Origin: Acidimicrobiia bacterium | Lineage (GTDB): Bacteria; Actinomycetota; Acidimicrobiia; Spongiisociales; ZC4RG35 | Assembly (NCBI GenBank): GCA_965220995.1 | Contig: OZ244856.1 | Location: 450,928 to 514,927, forward strand | Direction of reading: 5' to 3' | Length of the DNA: 64,000 bases | Part shown: positions 1 to 10,141 of the stretch, piece after piece | Layout: the number at the start of each line of letters is the position of its first letter | How positions within the stretch are numbered: position 1 is the first letter of the stretch | The notes under the pieces: model-generated | What the model saw: the letters and a program-made list of their open reading frames with translations, nothing else | Told to the model about the DNA's origin: nothing | Database searches by the model: none | Position numbers and translations under genes: made by a program

Positions 1-817
1 AGGTGGCCAGCAGTTTGGCCAAAGAATGCACCGTGCGACCGTGTTTGAGGTCACCGACCATGGTTATGGCCAATCCGGCTATCTTCTCTTTGAACTCCAG
101 GATGGTGAACAGATCCAGCAAGGCCTGGGTGGGGTGTTCTCCCACTCCGTCACCGGCGCTGATCACCACTGATCTTCGGCCGATCTTTTCCGCCAGCAGA
201 TCCAGGTACCGCGCCGCCAGGTAGGAGGCCCCCACCGCCGGATGCCGCAACGCGATCACATCGGCATAGCAACCCGCTGCTCTGACCGTGTCGGGCAGGT
301 CTTCGCCCTTGTACACCGACGAGAACTGGATGCCGTTGGAGGCGCCGATCACCTTGCCGCCCAATCTGAGCATGGCGGCCTGAAAAGACATGTCGGTCCG
401 GGTGCTGGATTCAAAGAACAACAGCGCCAGGACCTGGCCGGTGGCGATCTCCACCACCCCCCGGTCACCCGACCGGATCCGTTTCTTCAGGGTGGAGGCG
501 ACCTCGAAGAGCGTCTTCAGGTCATCTCGGGCGAATTGCTCCACGGTTACGATGTGCTTTCCCCGAAAGTCACCGTCGATAGCCGCAGGAACGTATGAAC
601 CGACAAACTCCCTCGGATCGACCTCGACGAATCCCTCTTCGTTGTAGGAGGCCGCCTCCGGATCGGCATTGATCGTCTCTTCGGGGCCGCGGCGGGCCGA
701 CTCCGGTTCGATCAGACCGTCGGATTCGGAGCCAATGTCATCGGCGGGTTCGTCCTGGACCAGGACAAACAACTGTCTTTGGGAACTGGCCGACTCGGCG
801 GTCATTGTCTTTGACAT
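1..817 (-). CDS. pyrB: Aspartate carbamoyltransferase catalytic subunit; 3' end runs off the window; has an acidic N-terminal extension of about 75 aa.
   Basis: Reverse-strand translation from the ATG at 817 shows the carbamoyltransferase motifs STRTR, HPTQALLD and VGDLKHGRTVHS. The protein's C-terminus lies beyond position 1. Not in the ORF track because there is no stop in the window. Confidence 0.8.
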   Translation of the reverse strand, partial: MSKTMTAESASSQRQLFVLVQDEPADDIGSESDGLIEPESARRGPEETINADPEAASYNEEGFVEVDPREFVGSYVPAAIDGDFRGKHIVTVEQFARDDLKTLFEVASTLKKRIRSGDRGVVEIATGQVLALLFFESSTRTDMSFQAAMLRLGGKVIGASNGIQFSSVYKGEDLPDTVRAAGCYADVIALRHPAVGASYLAARYLDLLAEKIGRRSVVISAGDGVGEHPTQALLDLFTILEFKEKIAGLAITMVGDLKHGRTVHSLAKLLAT

Positions 818-1076
818 TCCATTCCCCGTCATCCCGCAATACCCCCTGAACAGAACCCCTCAGCCGCGGCTCGGCGGGGGTTGTCGGCTGGCGGCTGGCT
901 CCTCAAGTTGGCCTTTAGGTTATCACTTCCGAGACCCGCGGGTAAAGGACCCTCGGTCCCCTCACGCCCCCAAAGACGGGCGGATTCACGATAGGAGCAA
1001 AGACAACATAGGCTTCCCAAGGTGAGAGAAGCTTTGCCGCAGAATCCGGTCCGGGTCGGAAGGAGTTGAAACCTCA

Positions 1077-3680
1077 ATGAAAGCCATCGTAAAAGGTTTC
1101 CAGTTCATCGTGTCCAAGGCGCCTTGGGCGGTGGTCCTGGTCACCCTGGTCCTGTTCGGTATATTCATGGCTCTCTCCACCCAGGTGGTGATAGGCCAGG
1201 GAAACGAAGGTCTCTCGCCCGACAACCCGGAGTTGCTCGCCTCCGACCGGATCAGTGATCTGTTCGGCAGCGACGATGCCGAGGAAAGCATCATGCAGGT
1301 GATTGTCCGGGCCGAAGAAGGCGACATCTTCACCAAGGACGCTTACGACGTGGTGACGGCCATCGACTCCGTCCTGGCGAGCGAGGCCCTCTCCGACAAT
1401 CTTTCATTCGCTCCGGGAAGGGGCGCCTGGTTCACATACCTCGATCCGGCGATAAACCAGGCATCCAACAGTGGCGTCACGGTGCAAAGCGACCAGGACG
1501 TGAGAGATCTGTTCCTGCAGGCTACGTCCGGTCCGGCGGCCAACCCTCAATTCGCCTCCCTGATCAGCCAGAACGGCGACCCTTCCGTCCCCACGGCCCA
1601 GACCGGCCTGATACTGGTTTTCACCAGAGTGCCGGGAGGCATCGAGGAAGAGGCGCTCGATCTGGCCCTTGTCAACGACGCTGAGGTGGCGGACGCCTTG
1701 CGGGCCATACCCATCCCGGATGGGATGGAGGTCATTCCCTTCAGCTTCAACCTGCTGTTCGAGGACTCCGGGGATGTCAACAGCGAGATAGGACGACTGT
1801 TCGGAACGGCTTCGGGGATCATCCTTCTCATTCTTTGCTTCGTCTACTGGCTCAAACCGGCGGGCCGAGGCGCCCTGGTGCAGTCGGGGCGACGGACCCT
1901 GGCCGACACCCTCCTGACTCTCTTCACCATCTTCGCCGCAATCATCTTCATGCAGGGCATAGGGGTTTTGCTGGAAAGAGCCGGTGTCATCGCCTCGTTC
2001 AACAACATCACTCAGATCATCCCCATTCTCCTGATCGGATTGGGCGTCGACTACGGCATCCATCTGACTTCCCGCTACCGCGAGGAGGTAGGCCGCGGAC
2101 AGGATGTGGATGGCGCCGCCCACACTGCCATCGGCACCGTGGGAATAGCCTTGGCGCTGGCCACGGTGACCACCGCCATCGGATTCCTCACCAATATTCT
2201 GAGTCCTCTGCCGGCTTTGAAGGACTTCGGGGTGCTGGCCGCGGTGGGGATAGTGGTCTCCTTCATCCTCACGCTCACCTTCTTCCCGGCCGCCAGGACA
2301 CTCCTGGATCGGAGAACCGAGAAGGAAGGCCGCCTGGCCTGGGGACTGTTGCGGGTTCTGATCCTGGCCAGGAAGGTGGACCGCCAACTGAAACCCCGAC
2401 GCGCCCTGCCCACCGCGGGCATGAAGGCCTCGTCGGACCGCTTGCTTCCCCGCCTGATCGCCGGCACCTCGGTTCTGGCCGAGAAGGTCCCGGCCTTTGT
2501 GGTGATGGTCGCCCTTGTCCTGGGAGGCATGGGGGTATGGGGACTGAGTCAACTGGAGGTGCGGTTCTCGTTCATCGACTTTCTCCCCAGCGATTCTCCC
2601 GCGGTCCGGACGCTGGAGATTCTGCAGGATGACTTCGGGGGAGGACTGGGCGAGTCGACCCAGGTCCTGATCGAGGGAGAAGACCTTGCCACCCCCGAGG
2701 TTCACAACGCCCTGGTCACGGCCGGCATGGGCCTGGCGGAATTGGACGACATCGTGGTATTCGAGACGCCGGCCGGCAGGCGGCCCTCGGTCACTTCTCC
2801 CATCTCCGTACTGGGGGCGCTCAACAGGGGTGGTCCCCAGGGACCTCCCGACCAGGCTGTCTCCTCCGCCGCACAGGCCGCCAATCTGGGCCCCGATCTC
2901 CGGGCTGCATCCGATTCCGACGTAGGGGCTGTTTGGGACGCGGTTGTGGCTTCGGCGCCGGGGCAGGCCCGAAGAGTGCTCCACCGCGGCGACGGCGGCT
3001 ACGATGCCGTGCTGTTCGAGATAGGCACCCAGGCCGGAGAAACCGGGGCTCTGCAACTGCGGGAGAACCTGTTGGAGAACTTCTCCGAGGTATCCGACCT
3101 GGGAATAAGCGTCATCGCAACCTCGACGGAGATAATCACCAATCTGATCATCGTGGAGTTGGCGGACTCACAGACCAGATCACTGCTGTTCACCCTGGTG
3201 GTCGCCACCCTGGTGTTGATGATCAGCTTCTGGTTTGAGAATCGGAGGCCTTTTTTGGGGATCATCACCATGATCCCGGTGGCCCTGGTGGTGTTCTGGA
3301 CCTATGGTCTGATGTACGCCACCGGCATTCCCTTCGGGCCGGTGACGGCAACTTTGGCCGCCTTGGCGGTGGGGATCGGAGTGCCCTACACCATTCACAT
3401 CGCCCGCCGCTTCGGGGAGGACCGGATCCGCTTCGACGAACTCGACGACGCACTGCGTTCGACATCCCGCCACACCGGCGGGGCGTTGGCGGGATCCGCT
3501 TTTACCACGATGGCCGGATTCGGAATCCTCATCACCTCGAGCCTTACACCCTTCCAGCAGATGGGCCAGGTCACGGTATATGCGGTGGGACTGTCTCTTG
3601 TGGCAGCGACTCTGGTGTTGCCTTCGATGCTGGCGCTATGGGAAAAGTGGCACCGCCGTCGAGCCGCGGGCCGCGCCTGA
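1077..3680 (+). CDS. MMPL/RND-superfamily membrane exporter (MmpL-like).
   Basis: 867-aa ORF with two hydrophobic 6-TM blocks separated by large soluble loops, typical of the MMPL domain. N-terminal TM segment after MKAIVKGFQF. Confidence 0.7.
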   Translation: MKAIVKGFQFIVSKAPWAVVLVTLVLFGIFMALSTQVVIGQGNEGLSPDNPELLASDRISDLFGSDDAEESIMQVIVRAEEGDIFTKDAYDVVTAIDSVLASEALSDNLSFAPGRGAWFTYLDPAINQASNSGVTVQSDQDVRDLFLQATSGPAANPQFASLISQNGDPSVPTAQTGLILVFTRVPGGIEEEALDLALVNDAEVADALRAIPIPDGMEVIPFSFNLLFEDSGDVNSEIGRLFGTASGIILLILCFVYWLKPAGRGALVQSGRRTLADTLLTLFTIFAAIIFMQGIGVLLERAGVIASFNNITQIIPILLIGLGVDYGIHLTSRYREEVGRGQDVDGAAHTAIGTVGIALALATVTTAIGFLTNILSPLPALKDFGVLAAVGIVVSFILTLTFFPAARTLLDRRTEKEGRLAWGLLRVLILARKVDRQLKPRRALPTAGMKASSDRLLPRLIAGTSVLAEKVPAFVVMVALVLGGMGVWGLSQLEVRFSFIDFLPSDSPAVRTLEILQDDFGGGLGESTQVLIEGEDLATPEVHNALVTAGMGLAELDDIVVFETPAGRRPSVTSPISVLGALNRGGPQGPPDQAVSSAAQAANLGPDLRAASDSDVGAVWDAVVASAPGQARRVLHRGDGGYDAVLFEIGTQAGETGALQLRENLLENFSEVSDLGISVIATSTEIITNLIIVELADSQTRSLLFTLVVATLVLMISFWFENRRPFLGIITMIPVALVVFWTYGLMYATGIPFGPVTATLAALAVGIGVPYTIHIARRFGEDRIRFDELDDALRSTSRHTGGALAGSAFTTMAGFGILITSSLTPFQQMGQVTVYAVGLSLVAATLVLPSMLALWEKWHRRRAAGRA

Positions 3681-3700
3681 TCCAGTAAGCTTGAGATAGT

Positions 3701-3714
3701 CCTGAGCGCTCAGG
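3701..3714. terminator. Weak palindromic hairpin between the convergent MMPL and amidohydrolase genes.
   Basis: CCTGAGCGCTCAGG self-complementary 14-mer. No strong U-tract. Confidence 0.2.
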
Positions 3715-3778
3715 TCTGTGTTGCCCTCTCCCGCCGGGAGCAGGGACCTGGTGGCCGGCTGGGATGGACGATCGGCGT

Positions 3779-5143
3779 TCAGTTCACCAATTGTCCGGCC
3801 AGGCGCCGGTGGCGATCCAAGTGGGGCGCCAACTCGAATCCGATCGGTTGACCGTCCACCACCACGCTCCGGCCTTGGACGATCAAGCGATCCACCTGAT
3901 GCGGTCCGGTTAGCACCAACGCAGCCACCGGGTCGTGGGCTCCTGCCATGGATATCCCGTCGGTGCGAAAGCAGGCGAGATCGGCGGCTTTGCCTGTTTC
4001 GAGGGAACCGATGTCCTCTCTGCCCAGCACCTCTGCGCCGCCCAGGGTGGCCACTCTCAGAGCGGCCCGGGCGGTCAGCATGGGCTCATCCGACTGCTCC
4101 AAAGCTCTGGCCAATCGGGCGACCAGCAGCGCCTGGCGAGCTTCGGCCAGCATGTGGGAACTGTCGTTGGAGGCCGATCCGTCCACTCCCAGGCCCACGG
4201 GCACTCCATTCTTGAGAAACCGGGTCAGCGGCGCCGCACCCGATGCCAGCCGCATATTGGAAGTGGGACAGTGAGCGGCGCCGGTGCGGGTGGAAGCCAT
4301 GGTGCGGATGTCCTGTTCGGAGACATGCACGGCGTGAGCGAACCACACATCGTCACCCAACCAGTCCACCGATTCGGCATAGTCCACCGGCTTGCGACCG
4401 AAGAGTTCCTGGCAATACTCCTCCTCATCCAGGGTTTCGGCCAGGTGGGTATGAAGCCGAACCCCCAGGGAACGACCCAGGGCAGCCGACTGCCGCATCA
4501 GGTCGGGACTCACAGTGAAGGGTGAGCAGGGAGCAATCACTATGCGGGTCATGGCGCCCGGGGAAGGATCGTGATACCGGGACACGACGCGCTCGCAGTC
4601 GGCCAGGATTGCGTCTTCGCTCTCAACCCACTCGTCGGGGGGCAATCCACCCTGGGACCGCCCTACACTCATCGACCCCCGGGAGATGTGAAACCTGATG
4701 CCCACCTGCCGGGCCGCCTGTGCCTGGTCGTCCAAGGTCGAGCCGTCGGGCCAAAAGTAATGGTGATCGAATGCGGTTGTACAACCCGACAGGGCCAGTT
4801 CCGCAAGGGCCGTGACAGTGGATGCCCGCACGTGCTCGGGCGTCACACGGGACCACACCGGGTACAGAGTCACCAGCCAATCGAACAACTCCGAGTCTTG
4901 GGCCATGGTGCGGGTGAGGGTCTGGAAGAAGTGATGATGAGTGTTGACCAGACCCGGTATCACCACCTGTCCCTGACAGTCAATCACCTCGTCAGCCGTG
5001 TCCGGCAGTTCAGAGGTGGGACCCACCTGCTCGATCCACCCGCCCCGGGCATACAGTCCCCCGTCGGCTATCTCGGCGCCGGCGTCATCCATAGTGACCA
5101 ACCGGTCTGCGTTGCGGAGCAAGAGAGTCTGGGGCCGGCGCAT
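3779..5143 (-). CDS. Amidohydrolase-family deaminase (8-oxoguanine deaminase / SsnA / cytosine-deaminase-like).
   Basis: Metal-dependent hydrolase signature GLVNTHHHFFQ, with later HTHLAE and VGLGVDGSASND motifs. Start set at the internal Met (MRRPQTLLLRNA), which fits the family N-terminus; the track ORF extends to 5182. Confidence 0.7.
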   Translation of the reverse strand: MRRPQTLLLRNADRLVTMDDAGAEIADGGLYARGGWIEQVGPTSELPDTADEVIDCQGQVVIPGLVNTHHHFFQTLTRTMAQDSELFDWLVTLYPVWSRVTPEHVRASTVTALAELALSGCTTAFDHHYFWPDGSTLDDQAQAARQVGIRFHISRGSMSVGRSQGGLPPDEWVESEDAILADCERVVSRYHDPSPGAMTRIVIAPCSPFTVSPDLMRQSAALGRSLGVRLHTHLAETLDEEEYCQELFGRKPVDYAESVDWLGDDVWFAHAVHVSEQDIRTMASTRTGAAHCPTSNMRLASGAAPLTRFLKNGVPVGLGVDGSASNDSSHMLAEARQALLVARLARALEQSDEPMLTARAALRVATLGGAEVLGREDIGSLETGKAADLACFRTDGISMAGAHDPVAALVLTGPHQVDRLIVQGRSVVVDGQPIGFELAPHLDRHRRLAGQLVN

Positions 5144-5413
5144 GGTTGGGGAGTCTAATTTTTGCCGGAGAACCAAAGGCAAAGCAGTGAAAAGAGAGGC
5201 TAACCTGTGAAAACCGTGCTGGGTTTTCCCCCCAATGGGTTCCCTCCCCCGCCACCTCCTAACCGGGATCAGGGCGCGTTTGGGCTAGGCCTGGAATAGG
5301 CGCCTTTGCAGTTTATGATCCCCGGTGCGGTCCGAACGACGTCGGAGCGGGCCGCCCTGGTATTTCAGCTACCTACCAGTGTGCAACAGGGGTAGGACAG
5401 AATTCAACCCCGG

Positions 5414-6499
5414 TCAGCCGGGATTTTTCGCGGGCCGGGAAAGTTTCAGGGGCGACAGAAAACGATTGCGAGGCGCAGCCACCAGATCAACCGGCTCGGC
5501 CACCTTCTCCACGGTCACCCGATCGGCCCCGATCATCCCGCCGATGCGATGAGCCTGCGTTTCGACAGCATCCCAGCGACGGGATCGCCAAGCCGAAAAG
5601 GGCGCCACCTTAATCTCCAGCCGGCGGTCGGAGGCACCCAGATCCCAGACTCCCACCACTCTTCCACCGTCCAGCACCACCGAAGTTGCGTTGCCGAAGC
5701 GGTCGTAGGCAAAGGGATGGTGAGCGCTGTCAAGCAGGTGGTCCCGTTCCCGGTGGGCCACCATCAGGACATCCCAGACCGGCAGAAGGCGCAGACCCTG
5801 CTGCAGGCGCATCGAGCCCTCCCGGCCCCAATCCAGGCCATCTGAAGCGGCCCGGGTTTCGGCCACCGTCCACCCGGCCCACCAGCGCAGATCCGGCAAG
5901 GTAGCAGGTCCGTAGGCTGCCAGGTAGGACTCCGCCAATCGTCGCCGGGCTTCGACCTCATCAATCGCGTGGGGATCAATGTCCGGCAGCCAATCGGCCC
6001 AGCGGGCGTAGGTCAAACGGTTGGATCGCCACCCGCCGGTGGTGGCGGCCCGGACTATGCGGTACTCGGATGCCATCATGGCCAACAAGGCCCCGAAATA
6101 ACGTCCGATTCTGCGGTCCGGATCCACTCTCGCCCGCAACCCGGCGGCGGACCGCGGGCCATGGGCCAAAGATTCTTCCACCAAGGGGGCCCACCTTGAG
6201 TAGTCGTCCGCCAGGCGACGGCGATAGGCGGAACTCCAACTCTGGTTCTGACGGCGGGTGGCCGCCAGCACCACTTCCAGCAATCCCCGGGGCAAAGCAT
6301 GCACCGATCCCCGCATGGCTCGCACCCTGACCAGCGACCGGTCTGCATCCAGGGCGTGGTCGAGATAGACCATCCGGTACCCGTTCATTCTGGCCAGAGC
6401 GGAGAGGTGACAGGTCGGCGCCACGCCATAGATACCCACCGAACGACCCACCACCCTCAAGAGATCCGCCGTGCCCAATTTCAAACTGTCCACTGTCAT
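5414..6499 (-). CDS. Winged-helix DNA-binding domain protein of the YcaQ/AlkZ DNA-glycosylase-like family (DUF1006).
   Basis: 361 aa. The N-terminal region (VRAMRGSVHALPRGLL and surrounding) resembles the HTH_42/AlkZ-like fold. Family assignment is from sequence-pattern memory only. Confidence 0.5.
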   Translation of the reverse strand: MTVDSLKLGTADLLRVVGRSVGIYGVAPTCHLSALARMNGYRMVYLDHALDADRSLVRVRAMRGSVHALPRGLLEVVLAATRRQNQSWSSAYRRRLADDYSRWAPLVEESLAHGPRSAAGLRARVDPDRRIGRYFGALLAMMASEYRIVRAATTGGWRSNRLTYARWADWLPDIDPHAIDEVEARRRLAESYLAAYGPATLPDLRWWAGWTVAETRAASDGLDWGREGSMRLQQGLRLLPVWDVLMVAHRERDHLLDSAHHPFAYDRFGNATSVVLDGGRVVGVWDLGASDRRLEIKVAPFSAWRSRRWDAVETQAHRIGGMIGADRVTVEKVAEPVDLVAAPRNRFLSPLKLSRPAKNPG

Positions 6500-6670
6500 G
6501 CCTGGTCGTGGCGCCCCGGTCCCGCTCGCCGTCTACTCCCGACCGGCGCCCACCGACACCGGCCAAGCCCCCGACTCGGCCTTGCACCGCCCGGGCCCGG
6601 TCCGTCTGTTAATTTTGGCGCCATCATCGACCAGCCGATCATCGACCTCCAAAGGTACCCCAACTGGGTT

Positions 6671-7507
6671 GTGTGCGCCGACAATGCCGACATTCTGCCA
6701 AAGCTCCCCGACCAATCTTTCCGTCTGATCTACATCGACCCGCCGTTCAACCGCGGCCAGGTCCAACGCAAGGTAACCGTGCGAACCGAACGCTGCGACC
6801 AGGGGGACCGCACCGGATTCGGGGGAAGGCGCTACAGGACCGTCCAAGTCGGCTCCACTTCCTACGTGGACAACTTCGACAACTATCTGGAGTTCCTGGC
6901 GCCGAGACTTGAGCAGGCCCGTCGGCTGCTGACCCCGGACGGCACCCTCTACTTCCACATCGACTACCGGGAGGCCCATTACTGCAAAGTGCTGCTGGAT
7001 CAGATCTTCGGTCGGGAGTGCTTCCTGAATGAAATCATCTGGGCATACGACTATGGGGGTCGTTCCAAGAGCCGGTGGCCGGCCAAGCATGACACCATCC
7101 TGGTGTACGTCAAGGACCCCCACCGGTATTTCTTCGACCAGGACGCCATCGAAAGGATCCCCTACATGGCGCCCGGCCTGGTCTCCGCCCAAAAGGCGGC
7201 CCGGGGCAAGCTACCCACCGATGTCTGGTGGCACACCATCGTGCCCACCAACGGTCGGGAAAAGACCGGTTACCCCACCCAAAAGCCCGAAGGAATCTTA
7301 CGCAGAATCCTGATGGCCTCATCGCAGGAAGGCGACCGGGTGCTGGACTTTTTCGCCGGTTCCGGAACCACCGCGGCGGTGGCTCAGCAACTGCACCGCC
7401 GTTTCGTGATGATCGACAACAACCCGGCAGCCATGGCGGTTATGACCCAACGCCTGGGATCAGCCGGTATCAAGTTCGTTCATTCCTCCGACCTGCCGGA
7501 AGCCTGA
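6671..7507 (+). CDS. Site-specific DNA methyltransferase, beta class (N6-adenine or N4-cytosine). No adjacent restriction endonuclease.
   Basis: Motif IV DPPF (LIYIDPPFN) lies N-terminal to motif I (VLDFFAGSGTTAAVA), which is the beta-class order. The N-terminus resembles CcrM-like enzymes. Start set at in-frame GTG 6671; the track ORF begins at 6299 but would overlap the divergent upstream gene. Confidence 0.75.
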   Translation: MCADNADILPKLPDQSFRLIYIDPPFNRGQVQRKVTVRTERCDQGDRTGFGGRRYRTVQVGSTSYVDNFDNYLEFLAPRLEQARRLLTPDGTLYFHIDYREAHYCKVLLDQIFGRECFLNEIIWAYDYGGRSKSRWPAKHDTILVYVKDPHRYFFDQDAIERIPYMAPGLVSAQKAARGKLPTDVWWHTIVPTNGREKTGYPTQKPEGILRRILMASSQEGDRVLDFFAGSGTTAAVAQQLHRRFVMIDNNPAAMAVMTQRLGSAGIKFVHSSDLPEA

Positions 7508-7528
7508 CAAGCCGGGAACCACCCGGTT

Positions 7529-8077
7529 TCAGACAAAGTCCATGGCGGGGAGACCGTCCAGGCTGACGGTGTTGTTCTCCCTCTGGTATTCCCACATGGC
7601 GTCGGGTCCCTTGCGTTCCGCCCAGACCGGCAGGTAGTCCCGCTGTGCGACCATTTCCATCAGTGGCACGCCGCCCCCGCACGAGGTCCCCACCTTGTTG
7701 ATGTCCACCCGGATGATGGAACGGGACCCGGGAATCTCACTGAAGCTCTCCGACAGAACGGCATGCTCGGCCGTTCCCGGGTAGAGCGCCCGGCCTCCCC
7801 CCCAGATCCGCAGAATCCGGCGCGGCTGATCGAACCCGCAGAACATCACCACGATCCGGCCGTTCTGGCGCAGGTGGGCGATGGTCTCGGCGCCGCTTCC
7901 CACCAGATCCAGATAAGCCACCGTGTCAGGGTTGATGATCCGAAAGGTGTCCAACCCCTTGGGCGAGAGATTGATGTGCCCCTCCTCGCCCGAAGGGGCC
8001 GTCGCCACGAAAAACATGGGTTGGGCGCCGATCCAGGCAGCCAGATGCTTGGGAATGGATTCGTAGTAGGAAGCCAT
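7529..8077 (-). CDS. Pyridoxamine 5'-phosphate oxidase-family (FMN/F420-binding split-barrel) protein.
   Basis: 182-aa ORF with a PNPOx-like fold pattern (HINLSPKG...RIVVMFCGF). Convergent with the methyltransferase. Confidence 0.55.
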   Translation of the reverse strand: MASYYESIPKHLAAWIGAQPMFFVATAPSGEEGHINLSPKGLDTFRIINPDTVAYLDLVGSGAETIAHLRQNGRIVVMFCGFDQPRRILRIWGGGRALYPGTAEHAVLSESFSEIPGSRSIIRVDINKVGTSCGGGVPLMEMVAQRDYLPVWAERKGPDAMWEYQRENNTVSLDGLPAMDFV

Positions 8078-8109
8078 GGCCTATGGGGTTGACAAGCTCG
8101 GGACGGGCG

Positions 8110-9978
8110 TCAGGCCGTCAGACAGAGACGATACTCGGTGTCACGGCGGGCAACCGGTCGGTTGCGGTCCCGGGCGGTTCGCTCGAAGTCGGAAGGATCC
8201 ATCTCCTGCCCATGGGCGGCCCCCGCCGATCGGGTGATGATCTCTCCCATCAGGGTGCCCCCCAGGTCATTGCACCCCGCATCCAGAAGACGCCCGGCCC
8301 CCTCCAGCCCCAACTTCACCCATGACGCCTGGATATTGGGCACCAGCCCGTCCAGGGCGATCCGGCCCACCGCGTGGATCAGCACCACTTCATCCCAGGT
8401 GGGACCGGGTCGCGCCTTGCCGTTCAACCAGATGGGGGCCCCCATGTGGACAAACGGAAGCGGCACCAACTCGGTGAAGCCGCCGGTCTGCCTTTGAATC
8501 TGTCGGATCACCTCCAGGTGCCGGGCCCAGGAACGATGATGATCTATGTGCCCGAACATGATGGTGGCGGTGGACCTCAGACCCAGTTCGTGGGCGATGA
8601 GCATGACCCTCGCCCATTGGGAGGTGCGGATCTTGTCGGGGCAGAGAAACCGCCGGACATCGTCGTCCAGGATCTCGGCGGCGGTTCCGGGAAGGGTACC
8701 GAGGCCGGCGTCCTTGAGACGGACCAAGAACTCCCTGACAGACACACCCGCAGTTTCGGCGCCCTGCCAGACCTCCAGCGGGGTGAACCCGTGAATGTGC
8801 ATGTCGGGCAACTCCGCCTTGATCGCTTCCGTTACCGAAACATAGAAATCTCCGGTGAACTCGGGATGGATGCCTCCCTGCAGGGTCACCTCGGTGGCGC
8901 CCCGGTCCCAGGCCTCCCGGGACTTCTGCACGATGTCGGCAATCGACATCAGGTAGGGGTCCCCTCGCAGATTGAGGCTGCGGGGACCCTTGGAAAAGGC
9001 GCAGAACCCACACCGGAAGTAACACATGTTGGTGTAGTTGATGTTGCGGTTGATCACATAGGTGACCAGATCACCCACCACCCGTTGGCGCAACTGGTCG
9101 GCCGCCCACGCCACCGCCTCCACCTGATCGCCCCTTGCTCCGAACAGGGCCTCGGTTTCATCCACCGTGGGGGCGGCGCCGTCCAGGGAACGTTCCAGGA
9201 TGGGCCGCAGCTGCCCGGCGCCTTCCAATTCGGGCGGCCCGTCCGACCCCACCCACAGGGAATCAGGCCACTGGGCCGAGAAACGGCGGGGAGGAACCGG
9301 CGCCTCCTCGGCCCGGCCGGGCGCCCAACCGTAACGAGGGCGGGCCGCTGCACCGGCGTCCACCTGCTGGAGCCACGCCCGGAAGGCGCGGCGCGACAGC
9401 GTTGCGCGCACCTGGTCTATTTCCAAACCGGGCGGAAGGGCCGTTCGCTCCACCAGCGTCATCGGCGCCAACCGCCGGCGTAACTCGCCGATGCGTCCGG
9501 CATCCCAGTCTCTCAGCAACAAATCGCAAGCCCCTGCCCACACCGCTTCGGCGGCCTGGTCGACATCGTCCACAAACACCGAGACCCTCGCCTCCACCGA
9601 GGGCAGTCCGCACAGAGCCGCCGCGGCCTCCACCTCGCTTCGGGTGGTTCTCAGAAAAGACGCCTCGCTTCTGGCCAGGGCGTCCAGCACCAGATCCTCG
9701 TTGCCGGTATGCACCACCGTGATAAGCCAGCCCGGCAACCCGGCCTTCGCCAATTCCAACGCCCCGGAGGGATCGGCGATCCGAGGCGCCTCCGACACAT
9801 CCGCCTCACGGGCGGCGATCAAGACCCCGGCCCCGTGGGCGGCCCGCAGGTCGTGGGGGGTGGGAGCATCCATCTCCAAGGTGGTGGTGCCCTCCCGAAG
9901 ACGCGCATCCGCCACAGCCTCGGTGGCCTTCTCCGCCGGGCGGGTGCGCAAGAAAGTGATCATCGAAGCCCTGCCCAA
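8110..9978 (-). CDS. cofH: FO synthase subunit CofH (radical SAM) with a roughly 250-aa N-terminal extension of unknown function.
   Basis: CxxxCxxC radical-SAM motif CYFRCGFCAF at about aa 319-326, followed by a CofH/FbiC C-terminal-half-like sequence. GC3 is high across the N-terminal 250 aa, which suggests it is translated. Confidence 0.7.
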   Translation of the reverse strand: MGRASMITFLRTRPAEKATEAVADARLREGTTTLEMDAPTPHDLRAAHGAGVLIAAREADVSEAPRIADPSGALELAKAGLPGWLITVVHTGNEDLVLDALARSEASFLRTTRSEVEAAAALCGLPSVEARVSVFVDDVDQAAEAVWAGACDLLLRDWDAGRIGELRRRLAPMTLVERTALPPGLEIDQVRATLSRRAFRAWLQQVDAGAAARPRYGWAPGRAEEAPVPPRRFSAQWPDSLWVGSDGPPELEGAGQLRPILERSLDGAAPTVDETEALFGARGDQVEAVAWAADQLRQRVVGDLVTYVINRNINYTNMCYFRCGFCAFSKGPRSLNLRGDPYLMSIADIVQKSREAWDRGATEVTLQGGIHPEFTGDFYVSVTEAIKAELPDMHIHGFTPLEVWQGAETAGVSVREFLVRLKDAGLGTLPGTAAEILDDDVRRFLCPDKIRTSQWARVMLIAHELGLRSTATIMFGHIDHHRSWARHLEVIRQIQRQTGGFTELVPLPFVHMGAPIWLNGKARPGPTWDEVVLIHAVGRIALDGLVPNIQASWVKLGLEGAGRLLDAGCNDLGGTLMGEIITRSAGAAHGQEMDPSDFERTARDRNRPVARRDTEYRLCLTA

Positions 9979-10141
9979 CGAAGGCTCCCGGCGCCGGCCC
10001 TTTTCGCCGGCGACCTACCGGACCCGGGAGTCTTCACCGGGGAAACGGAGCCGGCTGACCCCGCTGCGGGATGCTGGCAGACAGACTTGCCGGACTGAAT
10101 GGACATTAAAAACCTCAGGCTACCGGTTGCGGACCGGCCCA

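Noticed and set aside
1404-3056. 550-aa ORF antisense to the MMPL gene.
   Set aside because: Gly/Arg/Pro-rich and low-complexity; a typical high-GC antisense open frame. The sense strand encodes a recognisable MMPL transporter.
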